Source: Candidatus Nanoarchaeia archaeon
GTDB lineage: Archaea; Nanobdellota; Nanobdellia; Woesearchaeales; JANQNC01
NCBI GenBank assembly: GCA_028279745.1
Contig: JANQNC010000001.1
Span: 60,001 to 92,000, forward strand
Direction: 5' to 3'
DNA length: 32,000 nucleotides
Positions 18,079-26,302 of the stretch are shown piece after piece. How positions within the stretch are numbered: position 1 is the stretch's first letter; each line of letters starts with the position of its first letter. A program made the translations under genes and the position numbers. The notes beneath the pieces are model-generated. The model was not told where the DNA came from, did not search any database, and saw only the letters and a list, made by a program, of their open reading frames with translations.

Positions 18079-18112
18079 TGAGTAATGACGTCTTGAAAAA
18101 GACCGAACGAGA
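18079..18112 (+). promoter_or_regulatory. candidate K-turn hairpin in the L7Ae 5' UTR
   Basis: The stem GTCTT/AAGAC is capped by a GAAA loop. It is flanked by C.C, then tandem G.A/A.G (G18087-A18106, A18088-G18105), a 3-nt bulge AAT and a short C-stem (GT/AC). Confidence 0.4.
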
Positions 18113-18163
18113 TGAAAGCAAGTTCTTTTATTCTCTTTAAAAAAAATCGAGGAGGCAAACCAA

Positions 18164-18484
18164 ATGGTTGAAACAGATAAAATATTAGAAGCTGTAGAAG
18201 TTGCAAAAGCAACTGGAAAAATAAAGAAAGGAACAAACGAAGCGACAAAAGCAATAGAAAGAGGAAGTGCAAAACTTGTTGTAATAGCACAAGACACAAA
18301 CCCAAAAGAAATAGTTCTGCACCTGGCACCATTATGCAAAGAAAAAGGCATAAAGTGTGTTGAAGTACCAACAAAAGAAGATTTAGGAGTTGCAGTTGGG
18401 ATTCCAGTAGGAACATCAGCAGTAGCAATCACCACAGAAGGAGAAGCAAAAAAATTAGTTGAAGAGATAGCTAAAGGTGAATAA
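18164..18484 (+). CDS. rpl7ae: ribosomal protein L7Ae
   Basis: [27 protein letters not shown] signature; 106 aa. Confidence 0.93.
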   Translation: MVETDKILEAVEVAKATGKIKKGTNEATKAIERGSAKLVVIAQDTNPKEIVLHLAPLCKEKGIKCVEVPTKEDLGVAVGIPVGTSAVAITTEGEAKKLVEEIAKGE

Positions 18485-18486
18485 GG

Positions 18487-18765
18487 ATGGCTCCAGATAA
18501 ATTTAAAGGAAAGCCGCCAAAAAAAGACGACAAGTCAAAATCAGCAGGCGTTCAGTTTTCCTCAGCATTCCCTGCAACCGTAGAAGAGATAATGGGCAGA
18601 ACTGGAATGAGGGGAGAAGCAACACAAGTAAGATGTAAAGTTCTTACAGGAAGAGACGCTAATAAAGTAATAAGGCGAAACGTGAAAGGACCAGTAAGAG
18701 TAGGAGATGTTTTAATGCTTAGAGAAACAGAAATCGAAGCAAGAAAATTGTCACAGGGTAGATAA
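18487..18765 (+). CDS. rps28e: ribosomal protein S28e (with Lys-rich N-terminal extension)
   Basis: [24 protein letters not shown]...[23 protein letters not shown]. Confidence 0.9.
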   Translation: MAPDKFKGKPPKKDDKSKSAGVQFSSAFPATVEEIMGRTGMRGEATQVRCKVLTGRDANKVIRRNVKGPVRVGDVLMLRETEIEARKLSQGR

Positions 18766-18767
18766 AA

Positions 18768-18941
18768 ATGAAATGTAATTTTTGTACAAAGGATATAACT
18801 GAAGGAACTGGCAAGATGTTTGTAACCAAAGATGGAAAAACACTCCACTTCTGTTCAAACAAATGCGAGAAATTCAGACTAAAACTAAAAAAGAATCCAG
18901 CAGGATTCAAATGGTGCAAACCAAAAAAGAAAGAGGAGTAG
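18768..18941 (+). CDS. rpl24e: ribosomal protein L24e
   Basis: Not in the ORF track (57 aa). MKCNFCTKDITEGTGKMFVTKDGKTLHFCSNKCEKFRLKLKKNPAGFKW is the classic L24e zinc-binding pattern. Confidence 0.9.
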   Translation: MKCNFCTKDITEGTGKMFVTKDGKTLHFCSNKCEKFRLKLKKNPAGFKWCKPKKKEE

Positions 18942-18950
18942 TGATAGATA

Positions 18951-19523
18951 ATGGTAGAGAGAAGTTTAGTGCTAGTAAAACCAGATGGAGTGATGAGAGG
19001 AAAAGTAGGCAATATCATCTCAAGATTCGAAGATTCATGCCTAAAAATAGTAGCAATGAAAATAGTGATGCCTGAAAGGAGCATAATAGAAAAGCACTAC
19101 ATAGACGATCCTGTCTGGAAAAAAGATGTCGGTGAGAAAAACACAAAGTCAAAGTCAAAACTTGGCATAAAAGTAACAGAAACACCTGAAGAAATAGGTG
19201 AAAGGATAAGACAAGTTTTAATGACTGGTTTAGAGATTGGACCTGTAGTTGCAATGGTTGTTGAAGGAAATGAAGCAATAGCAAAAATAAGAACTTTGGC
19301 AGGCAGCACAAACCCCGTAGACGCAGCACCAGGCAGTATTAGAGGAGACTTGACTTGTGATAGTTATTCATTAGCAGACGGGGCTGACAGACCTTTACTG
19401 AATCTAGTTCACGCTTCAGACTCTAAAGAGAACGCAGCAAGAGAAATCAGTGTGTGGTTTGAAGAAAAAGATATATTGTCATACAAAAGAACAGACGATG
19501 ACATATTATACTACAAAAACTAA
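18951..19523 (+). CDS. ndk: nucleoside diphosphate kinase (with lineage-specific insertions)
   Basis: SLVLVKPDGV, GPVVAMVVEG, GSIRGD and the catalytic His in NLVHASDS. 190 aa, longer than the roughly 150 aa I recall as typical. Confidence 0.9.
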   Translation: MVERSLVLVKPDGVMRGKVGNIISRFEDSCLKIVAMKIVMPERSIIEKHYIDDPVWKKDVGEKNTKSKSKLGIKVTETPEEIGERIRQVLMTGLEIGPVVAMVVEGNEAIAKIRTLAGSTNPVDAAPGSIRGDLTCDSYSLADGADRPLLNLVHASDSKENAAREISVWFEEKDILSYKRTDDDILYYKN

Positions 19524-19549
19524 CAGAGGATTATAGGAGGAAAATCAAA

Positions 19550-21727
19550 ATGGGAGAAAAGATGGTTGACAAGGTAACCAGAATCATGAAAGATTCTAAG
19601 AACATTAGAAATATCGCTATCTGCGCACACATCGATCACGGAAAAACAACATTCTCAGACAACCTTTTAGCAGGATGTGGAATGATGAGTGAAGATCTAG
19701 CAGGGAAAGCATGCGTACTAGATTTCCACGAAGACGAAAAAGAAAGAGGAATCACAATAGATTCAGCAGCAGTATCGATGGTACATACATACAAAGAAAA
19801 CGAGTACTTAGTAAACTTAATCGACACACCAGGACACGTAGACTTTGGAGGGGATGTAACAAGGGCGATGAGAGCTGTAGATGGGGCAATAGTAGTATGC
19901 TGTGCTTCAGAAGGAATCATGCCTCAGACAGAAACAGTACTAAGACAGGCATTAAGAGAAAGAGTAAAACCTGTTCTATTTATCAACAAAGTAGACAGAC
20001 TGATCAAAGAGCTACAGTTAACACCGGAGCAAATGCAGGAAAGATTTGTTAAAATCATAACTGCAGTAAACAAGCTGATCAAAAGCATAGCAGAAACAGA
20101 ATATGCTGAGAAGTGGCAAGTTAACGTACAGGACGGATCAGTAGCATTCGGAAGTGCGTTCCACAACTGGGCTGTAAGCATACCTTACATGCAGGCTAAA
20201 GGAATAACTTTCAAAGACATAATCGAAGCATACAACTCGGGAGATGCAGAAGCAGAAAAAATTCTAGCGAAAAAAGCACCGGTACACGAAGTTGTATTAG
20301 ATATGGTAATTGATCACTTGCCAAACCCAACTGTTGCGCAGGAGTACAGAATACCAAAATTATGGAGGGGAGACCAAGAGTCAGATGAAGGCAAGTCACT
20401 AAAAACTTGCGATTCTAGCGGACCACTATTCTTCGTAATAACAAAAGTAGTTATCGATCCACAAGCAGGAGAGATAAGTGCGGGAAGATTATTTTCTGGA
20501 ACTGTAAGAAAAGGAATGGATGTTTACATGAACAGAGCTAAACAGAATTCCAAAATTCAACAAGTATTCGTATATAACGGAGCAAAGAGAGACATTGTAA
20601 GTGAAGCAACAGCAGGAAATATTATCGGAGTTGGAGGAGTAAAAAGCAGACCAGGAGAAACAGTAACATTACAACCGACAGAACCGTTTGAAGAGATAGC
20701 GCACTTATTTGACCCAGTAATAACAAAATCTATCCAAGCGAAGAAACCTTCAGACTTACCAAAGCTGATCGAAGTATTAAGACAGATAGGTAAAGAAGAT
20801 CCAAGCATAAAGATAGAAATCAACGAAGAGACAGGAGAACACTTAGTAAGCGGTATGGGTGAATTGCACTTAGAAGTTATAGAAAACAGGATCAGATCAG
20901 AGAAAGGTGTTGACTTGCAGACATCGCCGCCGATCGTTGTATACAGAGAGTCAGTAACAAAAACGGGCGCGGAAGCAGAAGGGAAAAGTCCAAACAAACA
21001 CAACAAATTCTACTTCACAGTAGAACCTTTAGAGGATGTGTATGTTGAAGCAATAAAAAAAGGAGAACTACCTGAAGGAAGAGTCAAAAAATCAGACGAT
21101 GCAACCTGGAAAAAGATGGTGGAGCTTGGAATGGACACAAAAGTTGCAAGAAGTGTAAAAGATATCCACAACGGAAACATGTTCATTGATGTTACAAGAG
21201 GAATTGTACACATAAATGAAATCATAGAACTGGTACTGGATATGTTTGAAAACGTAATGGACTTTGGGCCAATGGCAAACGAGCCATGCCAAGGAGTAAA
21301 AGTATTATTCCAAGATACAAAACTGCACGAAGACGCGATCCACAGAGGACCAGCACAAGTTTACCCTGCAGTAAGAGAAGGTATCAGAGGAACAATGAGG
21401 ACTGCATCACCACAGATGTTAGAGCCGATACAGCTACTACAGTTTGAAGGACCCGCAGATCATATGGGAGACATCTCAAAGTTGATCAGCAACAAGCGAG
21501 GACAACTGATAGATATGCAACAAGAAGGAGAACACGTAACTGTAAAAGGAAAACTTCCGGTAGCAGAAATGTTTGGGATAAGTTCAGAACTAAGAAGCGC
21601 TACAGGTGGAAGAGGAACATTCTCACTAATAGACCAGAGCTTTGAAGTGTTGCCACACGAGCTACAAACCAAAGTAGTTGGACAAATTAGAGAGAGAAAA
21701 GGCCTAAAAACAGACGAAGGAGAGTAG
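19550..21727 (+). CDS. fusA: translation elongation factor 2 (aEF-2)
   Basis: AHIDHGKTT, DTPGHVDF and the diphthamide-site motif HEDAIHRGPAQ; 725 aa. Confidence 0.95.
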   Translation: MGEKMVDKVTRIMKDSKNIRNIAICAHIDHGKTTFSDNLLAGCGMMSEDLAGKACVLDFHEDEKERGITIDSAAVSMVHTYKENEYLVNLIDTPGHVDFGGDVTRAMRAVDGAIVVCCASEGIMPQTETVLRQALRERVKPVLFINKVDRLIKELQLTPEQMQERFVKIITAVNKLIKSIAETEYAEKWQVNVQDGSVAFGSAFHNWAVSIPYMQAKGITFKDIIEAYNSGDAEAEKILAKKAPVHEVVLDMVIDHLPNPTVAQEYRIPKLWRGDQESDEGKSLKTCDSSGPLFFVITKVVIDPQAGEISAGRLFSGTVRKGMDVYMNRAKQNSKIQQVFVYNGAKRDIVSEATAGNIIGVGGVKSRPGETVTLQPTEPFEEIAHLFDPVITKSIQAKKPSDLPKLIEVLRQIGKEDPSIKIEINEETGEHLVSGMGELHLEVIENRIRSEKGVDLQTSPPIVVYRESVTKTGAEAEGKSPNKHNKFYFTVEPLEDVYVEAIKKGELPEGRVKKSDDATWKKMVELGMDTKVARSVKDIHNGNMFIDVTRGIVHINEIIELVLDMFENVMDFGPMANEPCQGVKVLFQDTKLHEDAIHRGPAQVYPAVREGIRGTMRTASPQMLEPIQLLQFEGPADHMGDISKLISNKRGQLIDMQQEGEHVTVKGKLPVAEMFGISSELRSATGGRGTFSLIDQSFEVLPHELQTKVVGQIRERKGLKTDEGE

Positions 21728-21740
21728 AAAGCTTTAAATA
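21726..21740 (+). promoter_or_regulatory. BRE/TATA element upstream of the EF-1alpha gene
   Basis: GAAAGCTTTAAATAC overlaps the fusA stop. GAGGAGG follows before the ATG at 21795. Confidence 0.5.
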
Positions 21741-21794
21741 CTAAGACAGAAAACTCAGAAATATATAAAACAAAAAATAGAGGAGGTTGCTATA

Positions 21795-23081
21795 ATGGCA
21801 AAAGAAAAAACACACATAAACCTTGTATTCATTGGACACGTCGATCACGGGAAATCCACAACAGTAGGAAGATTAATGTTTGATTCAGGAAACATCGACG
21901 AGCAAGCAATGAGAAAACTAAAAGACAAAGCTCAAGAATTAGGAAAAGGCGGTTTCGAATTCGCATTCGTAATGGATAACCTAAAAGAAGAGCAGGAAAG
22001 AGGAGTTACAATCGACTTGGCTCACAAGAAGTTTGAAACGCCAAAATATTACTTTACAGTAATCGACGCTCCAGGGCACAAAGACTTCATTAAGAACATG
22101 ATTACAGGAGCAGCACAAGCAGACGCAGCTGTTGTTGTAGTAGCAGCAAACGATGGAGTAAATGCACAGACAAAAGAGCACATCTTCTTGTCAAAAACAC
22201 TAGGAGTTGACCAGATGATCATTGCGATCAACAAGATGGACATCTCAGGAGTTGACTGGGCAGAAGACAAATACAACAAAGTAAAAGAGGAAGTATCAAC
22301 ACTACTAAAAACAGTAGGATACAACCCAGAAAACATACCTTTCTTAGCAATTGCTTCACTTCAAGGAGACAATGTAGTTAAGAAATCAGAAAACATGGCT
22401 TGGTACAAAGGTAAAACACTATTGGAAACAATCGATGACTTGAAAGAGCCAGAAAGACCGGTAGACCTACCACTAAGACTACCGTTACAGGATGTTTACA
22501 ACATCACAGGAATCGGAGTTGTACCTGTAGGAAGAATAGAAACAGGAATCATGAAAGTTGGGCAGAAAATTGTAGCAACACCAGCAAGAGAAGGAAAAGG
22601 AATTGAGGGTGAATGTAAAACAATAGAGATGCACCACGAACAGTTACAACAAGCGCAGCCAGGAGACAACGTAGGATTCAACGTAAGAGGTATGGGAAAG
22701 AAAGACATCGCAAGAGGAGACGTTATAGGCGATGCTGGAAATCCACCAACTGTAGCAACAGAATTCACAGCACAGATGGTAGTACTAAACCACCCAACTG
22801 TAATCACAGTAGGATACACGCCAGTATTCCACATACACACAGCACAAGTGGCATGCCAAGTAACAGAAATAGTTAAGAAAATTAATCCTGCAACAGGTGA
22901 AACACTAGCTGAAAAGCCAGACTTCATCAAAAACGGGGACGTAGCAATTGTGAAGATCAAACCAACAACACCATTGGTTATAGAAACACAAGAAGAAATC
23001 CCGCAACTATCTAGATTCGCAATTAGAGACAGTGGATCAACAGTTGCAGCAGGAATGTGCACTGAATTAGTTAAAAAATAA
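21795..23081 (+). CDS. tuf: translation elongation factor 1-alpha (aEF-1alpha)
   Basis: [21 protein letters not shown]; 428 aa. Confidence 0.95.
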   Translation: MAKEKTHINLVFIGHVDHGKSTTVGRLMFDSGNIDEQAMRKLKDKAQELGKGGFEFAFVMDNLKEEQERGVTIDLAHKKFETPKYYFTVIDAPGHKDFIKNMITGAAQADAAVVVVAANDGVNAQTKEHIFLSKTLGVDQMIIAINKMDISGVDWAEDKYNKVKEEVSTLLKTVGYNPENIPFLAIASLQGDNVVKKSENMAWYKGKTLLETIDDLKEPERPVDLPLRLPLQDVYNITGIGVVPVGRIETGIMKVGQKIVATPAREGKGIEGECKTIEMHHEQLQQAQPGDNVGFNVRGMGKKDIARGDVIGDAGNPPTVATEFTAQMVVLNHPTVITVGYTPVFHIHTAQVACQVTEIVKKINPATGETLAEKPDFIKNGDVAIVKIKPTTPLVIETQEEIPQLSRFAIRDSGSTVAAGMCTELVKK

Positions 23082-23093
23082 TTTTAACTAATA

Positions 23094-23112
23094 TTTTTTT
23101 ATTTTTTTATTT
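23094..23112 (+). terminator. oligo-T transcription terminator after tuf
   Basis: Two consecutive T7 runs (TTTTTTTATTTTTTTATTT) lie 13 nt after the stop codon, as in archaeal oligo-T termination signals. Confidence 0.5.
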
Positions 23113-23160
23113 GACTTTCAGTGCATGGTGAACTAACCAATTATCATGGGGTAACAAAAT

Positions 23161-23472
23161 ATGCAAAGAGCAAGAATAAACATAGCAAGTATCGACATAG
23201 ACAAAGTAAATCAAGTATGTAATTACATAACTGATATAGCAGAAAAAACAGGAGTTACACTAAGAGGACCAATACCTTTGCCAACCCAAAAACTGAAAGT
23301 TACAACACGAAAAGCTCCTTCAGGAGAAGGAAAGGCTTCTTGGGAACGTTACGAAATGAGAATCCACAAAAGATTGATGGATTTAGCAGTTGATGAAAGA
23401 GCACTAAGACTTGTAATGAGAGTGCCAATACCAGAAGGACTAAACATCGAGATCGAGATGGTGGACGCATAA
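23161..23472 (+). CDS. rps10: ribosomal protein S10
   Basis: RARINIAS...VTLRGPIPLPT...WERYEMRIHKRLMD pattern; 103 aa. Confidence 0.93.
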   Translation: MQRARINIASIDIDKVNQVCNYITDIAEKTGVTLRGPIPLPTQKLKVTTRKAPSGEGKASWERYEMRIHKRLMDLAVDERALRLVMRVPIPEGLNIEIEMVDA

Positions 23473-23594
23473 TGAACTGTGCGAAATGCCAGTCAGAACT
23501 TGTGAAAACAGGTGTTATGGACTCGGGAAATTCTAAATTTGATGTATTCAAGTGTAAAAATTGCGGTGAAGAAAAAATCGTAGCACAAGGATAA
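23472..23594 (+). CDS. 40-aa zinc-ribbon miniprotein translationally coupled to S10
   Basis: Not in the ORF track. MNCAKCQSELVKTGVMDSGNSKFDVFKCKNCGEEKIVAQG has CxxC-21-CxxC. Its ATG overlaps the rps10 stop (TAATG). Confidence 0.5.
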   Translation: MNCAKCQSELVKTGVMDSGNSKFDVFKCKNCGEEKIVAQG

Positions 23595-23598
23595 AAAA

Positions 23599-23973
23599 CT
23601 ATTTTTCTTTAAAATTTAATGATAAAGAGTTAATACAATATCTCTTAGTTGTAGGCTTAGGGCCGTCATCAAAAACATGGCCTAAATGACTTTTGCATTT
23701 GCTGCAAATAACCTCTGTTCGTTTCATCAAAAGAAAATTATCGGGTTTAAGTTCAACTTTACCTTTTTCTACATCTGAAAAACTAGGCCAGCCACAACCC
23801 GAATCAAACTTATCTTTTGAGGTAAAGAGTTCTTGACCGCACACCTTGCATCTATAGACTCCTTTCTTTTTATGATCGTTGTATTCTCCTGAGAAGGGAG
23901 GTTCTGTACCTTTTTCTCTAAGAATCTTGTATTCTTCAGGTGTAAGTTTTTTCTTTATCTCTTCTTCTTTCAT
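23599..23973 (-). CDS. msrB: peptide-methionine (R)-S-oxide reductase
   Basis: REKGTEPPFSGEY, two CxxC zinc sites (CKVCG, CSKCKSHLGHVFDDGP), catalytic Cys in RYCINS. Confidence 0.93.
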   Translation of the reverse strand: MKEEEIKKKLTPEEYKILREKGTEPPFSGEYNDHKKKGVYRCKVCGQELFTSKDKFDSGCGWPSFSDVEKGKVELKPDNFLLMKRTEVICSKCKSHLGHVFDDGPKPTTKRYCINSLSLNFKEK

Positions 23974-24006
23974 TTTTCATATAATGTTGTATTGGGATGG
24001 AACGCG

Positions 24007-24044
24007 TACCAAGCGCAAACTCACTACGTTCGTAGCACTTGGTA
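24007..24044 (-). promoter_or_regulatory. GC-rich compound hairpin in the DUF3179-msrB spacer
   Basis: The 7-bp inverted repeat TACCAAG/CTTGGTA encloses an inner CTAC-GTTC-GTAG hairpin. It is the only GC-rich patch in an AT-rich spacer. Confidence 0.45.
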
Positions 24045-24053
24045 TTTGCTCTA

Positions 24054-25031
24054 TCAGTTATTTACCTCATAAATTTCTGTGGTGGGGTGGAAGGCATACC
24101 AAGCGAACCAAAAATCCCTCTCTTTAACTATTTCATCTCCTGTTTCGGTATTGGTGATCTTTACAATGCCTGCATCATCTCTTTCTATTTTGAGATTGAT
24201 ATTGTTTACAGTGTCTTCGATAACTTTTTCATCAATTAAGTCATCTTCCTTGTATGCTTTATACACTCCACCAACTTCAATTCCAAAGATAACTGTTTTT
24301 GGATGAACGCTTTTATCTTCATTCTCAACAGGGAAAAACAAGAAACTATTCTCATAATAGTTGCCATAAGGATCATTACCATAAGGTCTAGAAAATCCTG
24401 TGTTTTGAGTCAAGATTTCAGAATCAGGATGATTTTCTTTCCAATCTCTCCAGACAACAGTATCGATTGATATTGCAGTAAGTTGAGTGCCAGTCAACTC
24501 ACCAACAACAGCTAACCCATCAATCTGAGTCCAATAAGAATTTGTTTTCCTGTCATACATAACTAAATTTGAGTTGTATAATTTGCCTGAAGTACCAAAC
24601 TCGACCTCTTCTCCGTCTATTAACCTTTCATAAGCTATGCCTGAACCGCATAAAGGACAGTATGTGATTAAGATTGGGTCTTCACCAATATTATCATTAA
24701 CTATTTCATGCCAAACCATGATCTGTAAAGGATAAACTCGTTTAGTATTGTTGTAGATCATAGCAAGAACCAATTCGTTATCTTGGATCCATTCGTCAGC
24801 TTCTTCAACAGTTGTGAACTTTGGATTATCTATTGAAGGAATCCCATCTTTAGGGGGGCCGCCGCCGACAATCTTATCTGGATCTATGATGTACTTAACA
24901 CCTCGCTCAGTCATCTTGATGCCCATCTCTTCTTCCATCTCGGCAATTTCGGGAATTTTTTCAAGATTTTGTTGTTGTGTACAGCCTGCTAAAATCAGAA
25001 GAAGAATTGTTAATGTTGTGATTATTTTCAT
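24054..25031 (-). CDS. DUF3179-family lipoprotein with CPLC motif
   Basis: Lipobox LLILAGC. DGIPSIDNPKF, YPLQIMVWHEIVND, ITYCPLCGSG, FGTSGKLYNSNLVMYD and SYWTQ match my recollection of DUF3179 conserved blocks. ATGA overlap with ccdA. Confidence 0.8.
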   Translation of the reverse strand: MKIITTLTILLLILAGCTQQQNLEKIPEIAEMEEEMGIKMTERGVKYIIDPDKIVGGGPPKDGIPSIDNPKFTTVEEADEWIQDNELVLAMIYNNTKRVYPLQIMVWHEIVNDNIGEDPILITYCPLCGSGIAYERLIDGEEVEFGTSGKLYNSNLVMYDRKTNSYWTQIDGLAVVGELTGTQLTAISIDTVVWRDWKENHPDSEILTQNTGFSRPYGNDPYGNYYENSFLFFPVENEDKSVHPKTVIFGIEVGGVYKAYKEDDLIDEKVIEDTVNNINLKIERDDAGIVKITNTETGDEIVKERDFWFAWYAFHPTTEIYEVNN

Positions 25032-25696
25032 ATTATCAGCTCATGCACTTTGAACACGAAGAATAGGTAGTAGATTGAGATTATGAACATAATAATGCCT
25101 GCAACCATATTGATTATCCTTTTATGTTTTGTAAGGAAACCGATGATTGAAGTGCTAACTGTTGATGAAATGAGTGAGAATGCTAAAAGAGGAAGAGCAA
25201 GCCCTAATCCGAACAATAAAAAGCTTAACATGTTAGCTGCGAAGTTAACACTTGCTAAAGTTCTAGCAAACAAAGCTGCAATGAACAAAGGATTGCAAGG
25301 GATAACTATTGCACCAAAGAAAAACCCGAATAACAATGCGCTAAGTACAGGACTTTTAGCTCTTGGGGTTTGAACTTTTGGAATAAATCTTCCAATGTCG
25401 ATGTCGAAAATAAGTAATATGCTGATGATTGCTAAGATTGTGAAAGCTATTGGCGAAACGATTCCAATAACTTTTGTTAACGATACTTGAAGAAGTGTTG
25501 TGAATATTAGGCCAAGTAATAACATGAATAGTAAGACTCCTGAAGTTACTAGTAAGCCGAGAATCAAAGGTGCTTTTTTGTCTTCAGACTCAGACAGTTT
25601 ACTAGAAAGATAAGCTAAAAAACCAGGATACAAAGGTAAAACACACACTGCTGTTAAAGGTGTCAACAATCCTAGTATGAAAGCTTCAAAAACCAT
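25028..25696 (-). CDS. ccdA: CcdA/DsbD-family transmembrane thiol-disulfide electron transporter
   Basis: Six TM helices with conserved Cys-Pro motifs in TM1 (AVCVLPLYPGF) and TM4 (VIPCNPLF). 1-nt overlap (TAATG) with the upstream gene. Confidence 0.8.
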   Translation of the reverse strand: MVFEAFILGLLTPLTAVCVLPLYPGFLAYLSSKLSESEDKKAPLILGLLVTSGVLLFMLLLGLIFTTLLQVSLTKVIGIVSPIAFTILAIISILLIFDIDIGRFIPKVQTPRAKSPVLSALLFGFFFGAIVIPCNPLFIAALFARTLASVNFAANMLSFLLFGLGLALPLLAFSLISSTVSTSIIGFLTKHKRIINMVAGIIMFIISIYYLFFVFKVHELII

Positions 25697-26205
25697 TAAC
25701 AGCCAACCTCTACTTCTTTCTGAAGTTCTTCAGCAGACTTAACGCCACTCTTAAGGAATCTAGTGGATTGGTCCTCGCAGATTAATATGACTGGTGCTGA
25801 AGGCGCATTAACAATCCCCAACCCATATTCATCAATCAACGCTTGAGTCATTGTTTCAGGAGATATTGCAAAATACCAATCAAGATCATTTCTTTCGATA
25901 TGAGATTTAACTTTAGCTTCATCTTCATTAGGGTCTGTATCTAGTGATATGTGAACCAAGTCAGGTAGTTTTTTCATCTCTTTCTGTTGTCTTAAACATG
26001 TAGGGCACCAGACTGCAAAACTTTCAAGCAATACTGTTTTACCTTTAAAGTCTGAAACCTTGAATGTGTTTCCTGTGTTAATGTCGGTTAGTTCAACATC
26101 TTTCCAATCATTTGCAGGTTCAACTTCATCTGTGGGAATCTCAACTACATAACCTCCACAACCTGCTAAGAAAATAAGTAGTACTATAAGGCTTAATGTT
26201 TTCAT
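25696..26205 (-). CDS. thioredoxin-fold lipoprotein (TlpA/ResA-like thiol-disulfide oxidoreductase)
   Basis: The start at ATG 26205 is preceded by GAGGTG. Lipobox IFLAGC and active site WCPTC. The 148-codon upstream extension in the ORF track is antisense to the neighbouring gene and is rejected. Confidence 0.85.
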   Translation of the reverse strand: MKTLSLIVLLIFLAGCGGYVVEIPTDEVEPANDWKDVELTDINTGNTFKVSDFKGKTVLLESFAVWCPTCLRQQKEMKKLPDLVHISLDTDPNEDEAKVKSHIERNDLDWYFAISPETMTQALIDEYGLGIVNAPSAPVILICEDQSTRFLKSGVKSAEELQKEVEVGC

Positions 26206-26302
26206 TGTTTGCACCTCTTTTCGAGAAAAATGGGTGTTTGTGTTTAAAAAAGTTACTGTTACACCCAAAAAACTTAAATAAAGATGGTCCCAATTTATTA
26301 TA

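Noticed and set aside
18045-18435. Two long minus-strand ORFs (127 and 125 aa), Leu-rich, overlapping the L7Ae gene
   Set aside because: They are antisense to a confidently identified ribosomal protein gene. Their low-complexity L/F/S-rich translations are the expected mirror image of an A/G-rich coding strand. No promoter or ribosome-binding site is present.
18863-19075. 70-aa plus-strand ORF overlapping the L24e 3' end and the ndk 5' end
   Set aside because: It is out of frame with two confidently called conserved genes. Its Lys/Arg-rich low-complexity translation is an artefact of the A-rich sequence.
20557-23062. Long antisense ORFs inside fusA and tuf (for example 20557..21006 and 22496..23062)
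   Set aside because: They lie opposite highly conserved elongation-factor genes. This is the same purine-skew artefact, with no start signals.
23974-23995. TATA-like ACATTATATGA immediately upstream of msrB as its promoter
   Set aside because: It ends only about 5 nt before the ATG, whereas functional elements in this window sit at least 20 nt upstream. The N-terminus of MsrB aligns from this ATG, so co-transcription with the upstream operon is more likely.
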